Below are positions 63,534-64,000 of a DNA stretch of 64,000 nucleotides, piece after piece. Under the pieces are notes generated by a model. The model worked only from the letters and a program-made list of their open reading frames with translations, did no database searches and had not been told where the DNA came from. The position numbers were made by a program, and so were the translations under genes. The DNA comes from Octopus vulgaris (taxonomy: Eukaryota): assembly GCA_951406725.2 (NCBI GenBank), contig OX597826.1, forward strand, positions 64,480,001-64,544,000, written 5' to 3'. Numbering within the stretch: the first letter of the stretch is position 1; every line of letters begins with the position of its first letter.

Positions 63534-64000
63534 TCTATATATATAAAACTGTAGTTGTGTGAGTGTCTGTCCCCTTCGATTTAGATTCCTAACTACTCCC
63601 ACATTTTGCGGTGCAGTTTAACTAAATTCGGGTATCTTATAGTCGTGATTCATATCGAGCCCGTCTGAGTATTAGCGCGCGTCTACGATGAGTCTACGAT
63701 TTTAAAAATAATTTAACATCATTTTTTATTCCATTTTAATGCATAATTTTTCGTGTGTCGATGGCGGCGGAGTTGGCGTCCATGGTCACACCTGCACCTG
63801 TTTGCTTCTCCTCCTTCTTCCCTCCCTCGTGAAGCTGTGGGGAAGGGAGTGTAAGGAAATCAACGTCGTAAAGCGATGTCAAGGAGACCAGCGTTCTTTT
63901 AGAACAACGACTTCATGGCTTGAAGACACCAAAACAGAAATGGCTAAGAAAGCCCGAATTGGCATCTATAAGGGAAGTAACTCTTCAAAGATGCTTATAT
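63534..64000 (+). mobile_element. Helitron of the same family (5' part, runs off the window)
   Basis: A|TCTATATATATAAAA start; 63580-63745 is near-identical to the reverse complement of 39610-39765. Confidence 0.8.

Overview
Eukaryotic, AT-rich, microsatellite- and SINE-dense DNA. The repeat families look like those of a coleoid cephalopod (Octopus-like); this is an inference, not a database result. Most ORFs in the supplied track are microsatellite artefacts. Protein-coding content: (1) two intact, tandemly duplicated 7-exon genes on the minus strand encoding 329-aa Gfo/Idh/MocA oxidoreductases of the DHDH (dimeric dihydrodiol dehydrogenase / D-xylose 1-dehydrogenase) type, at 30392-40464 and 47988-60443, about 79% identical by hand count; (2) one 54-nt plus-strand exon (27582-27635, IAEEMEKERKMFQLQACE) matching the BAR domain of ASAP ArfGAPs, which suggests both DHDH genes are nested antisense in a large ASAP intron. 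The rest is transposon-derived: several tRNA-type SINE families, RTE, CR1 and Tx1-like LINE relics, a truncated Ty3/Gypsy gag-pol, Tc1, mariner and hAT relics, non-autonomous Helitrons, MITE and foldback elements, and two tandem arrays (101 bp and 32 bp units). The most unusual non-coding signal is a set of minimal type-I hammerhead ribozyme motifs with palindromic helix III. They include a canonical core with a ~100-nt helix II, a U3-A8 variant on both arms of a 250-bp palindrome, and a degenerate G3-C8 variant.
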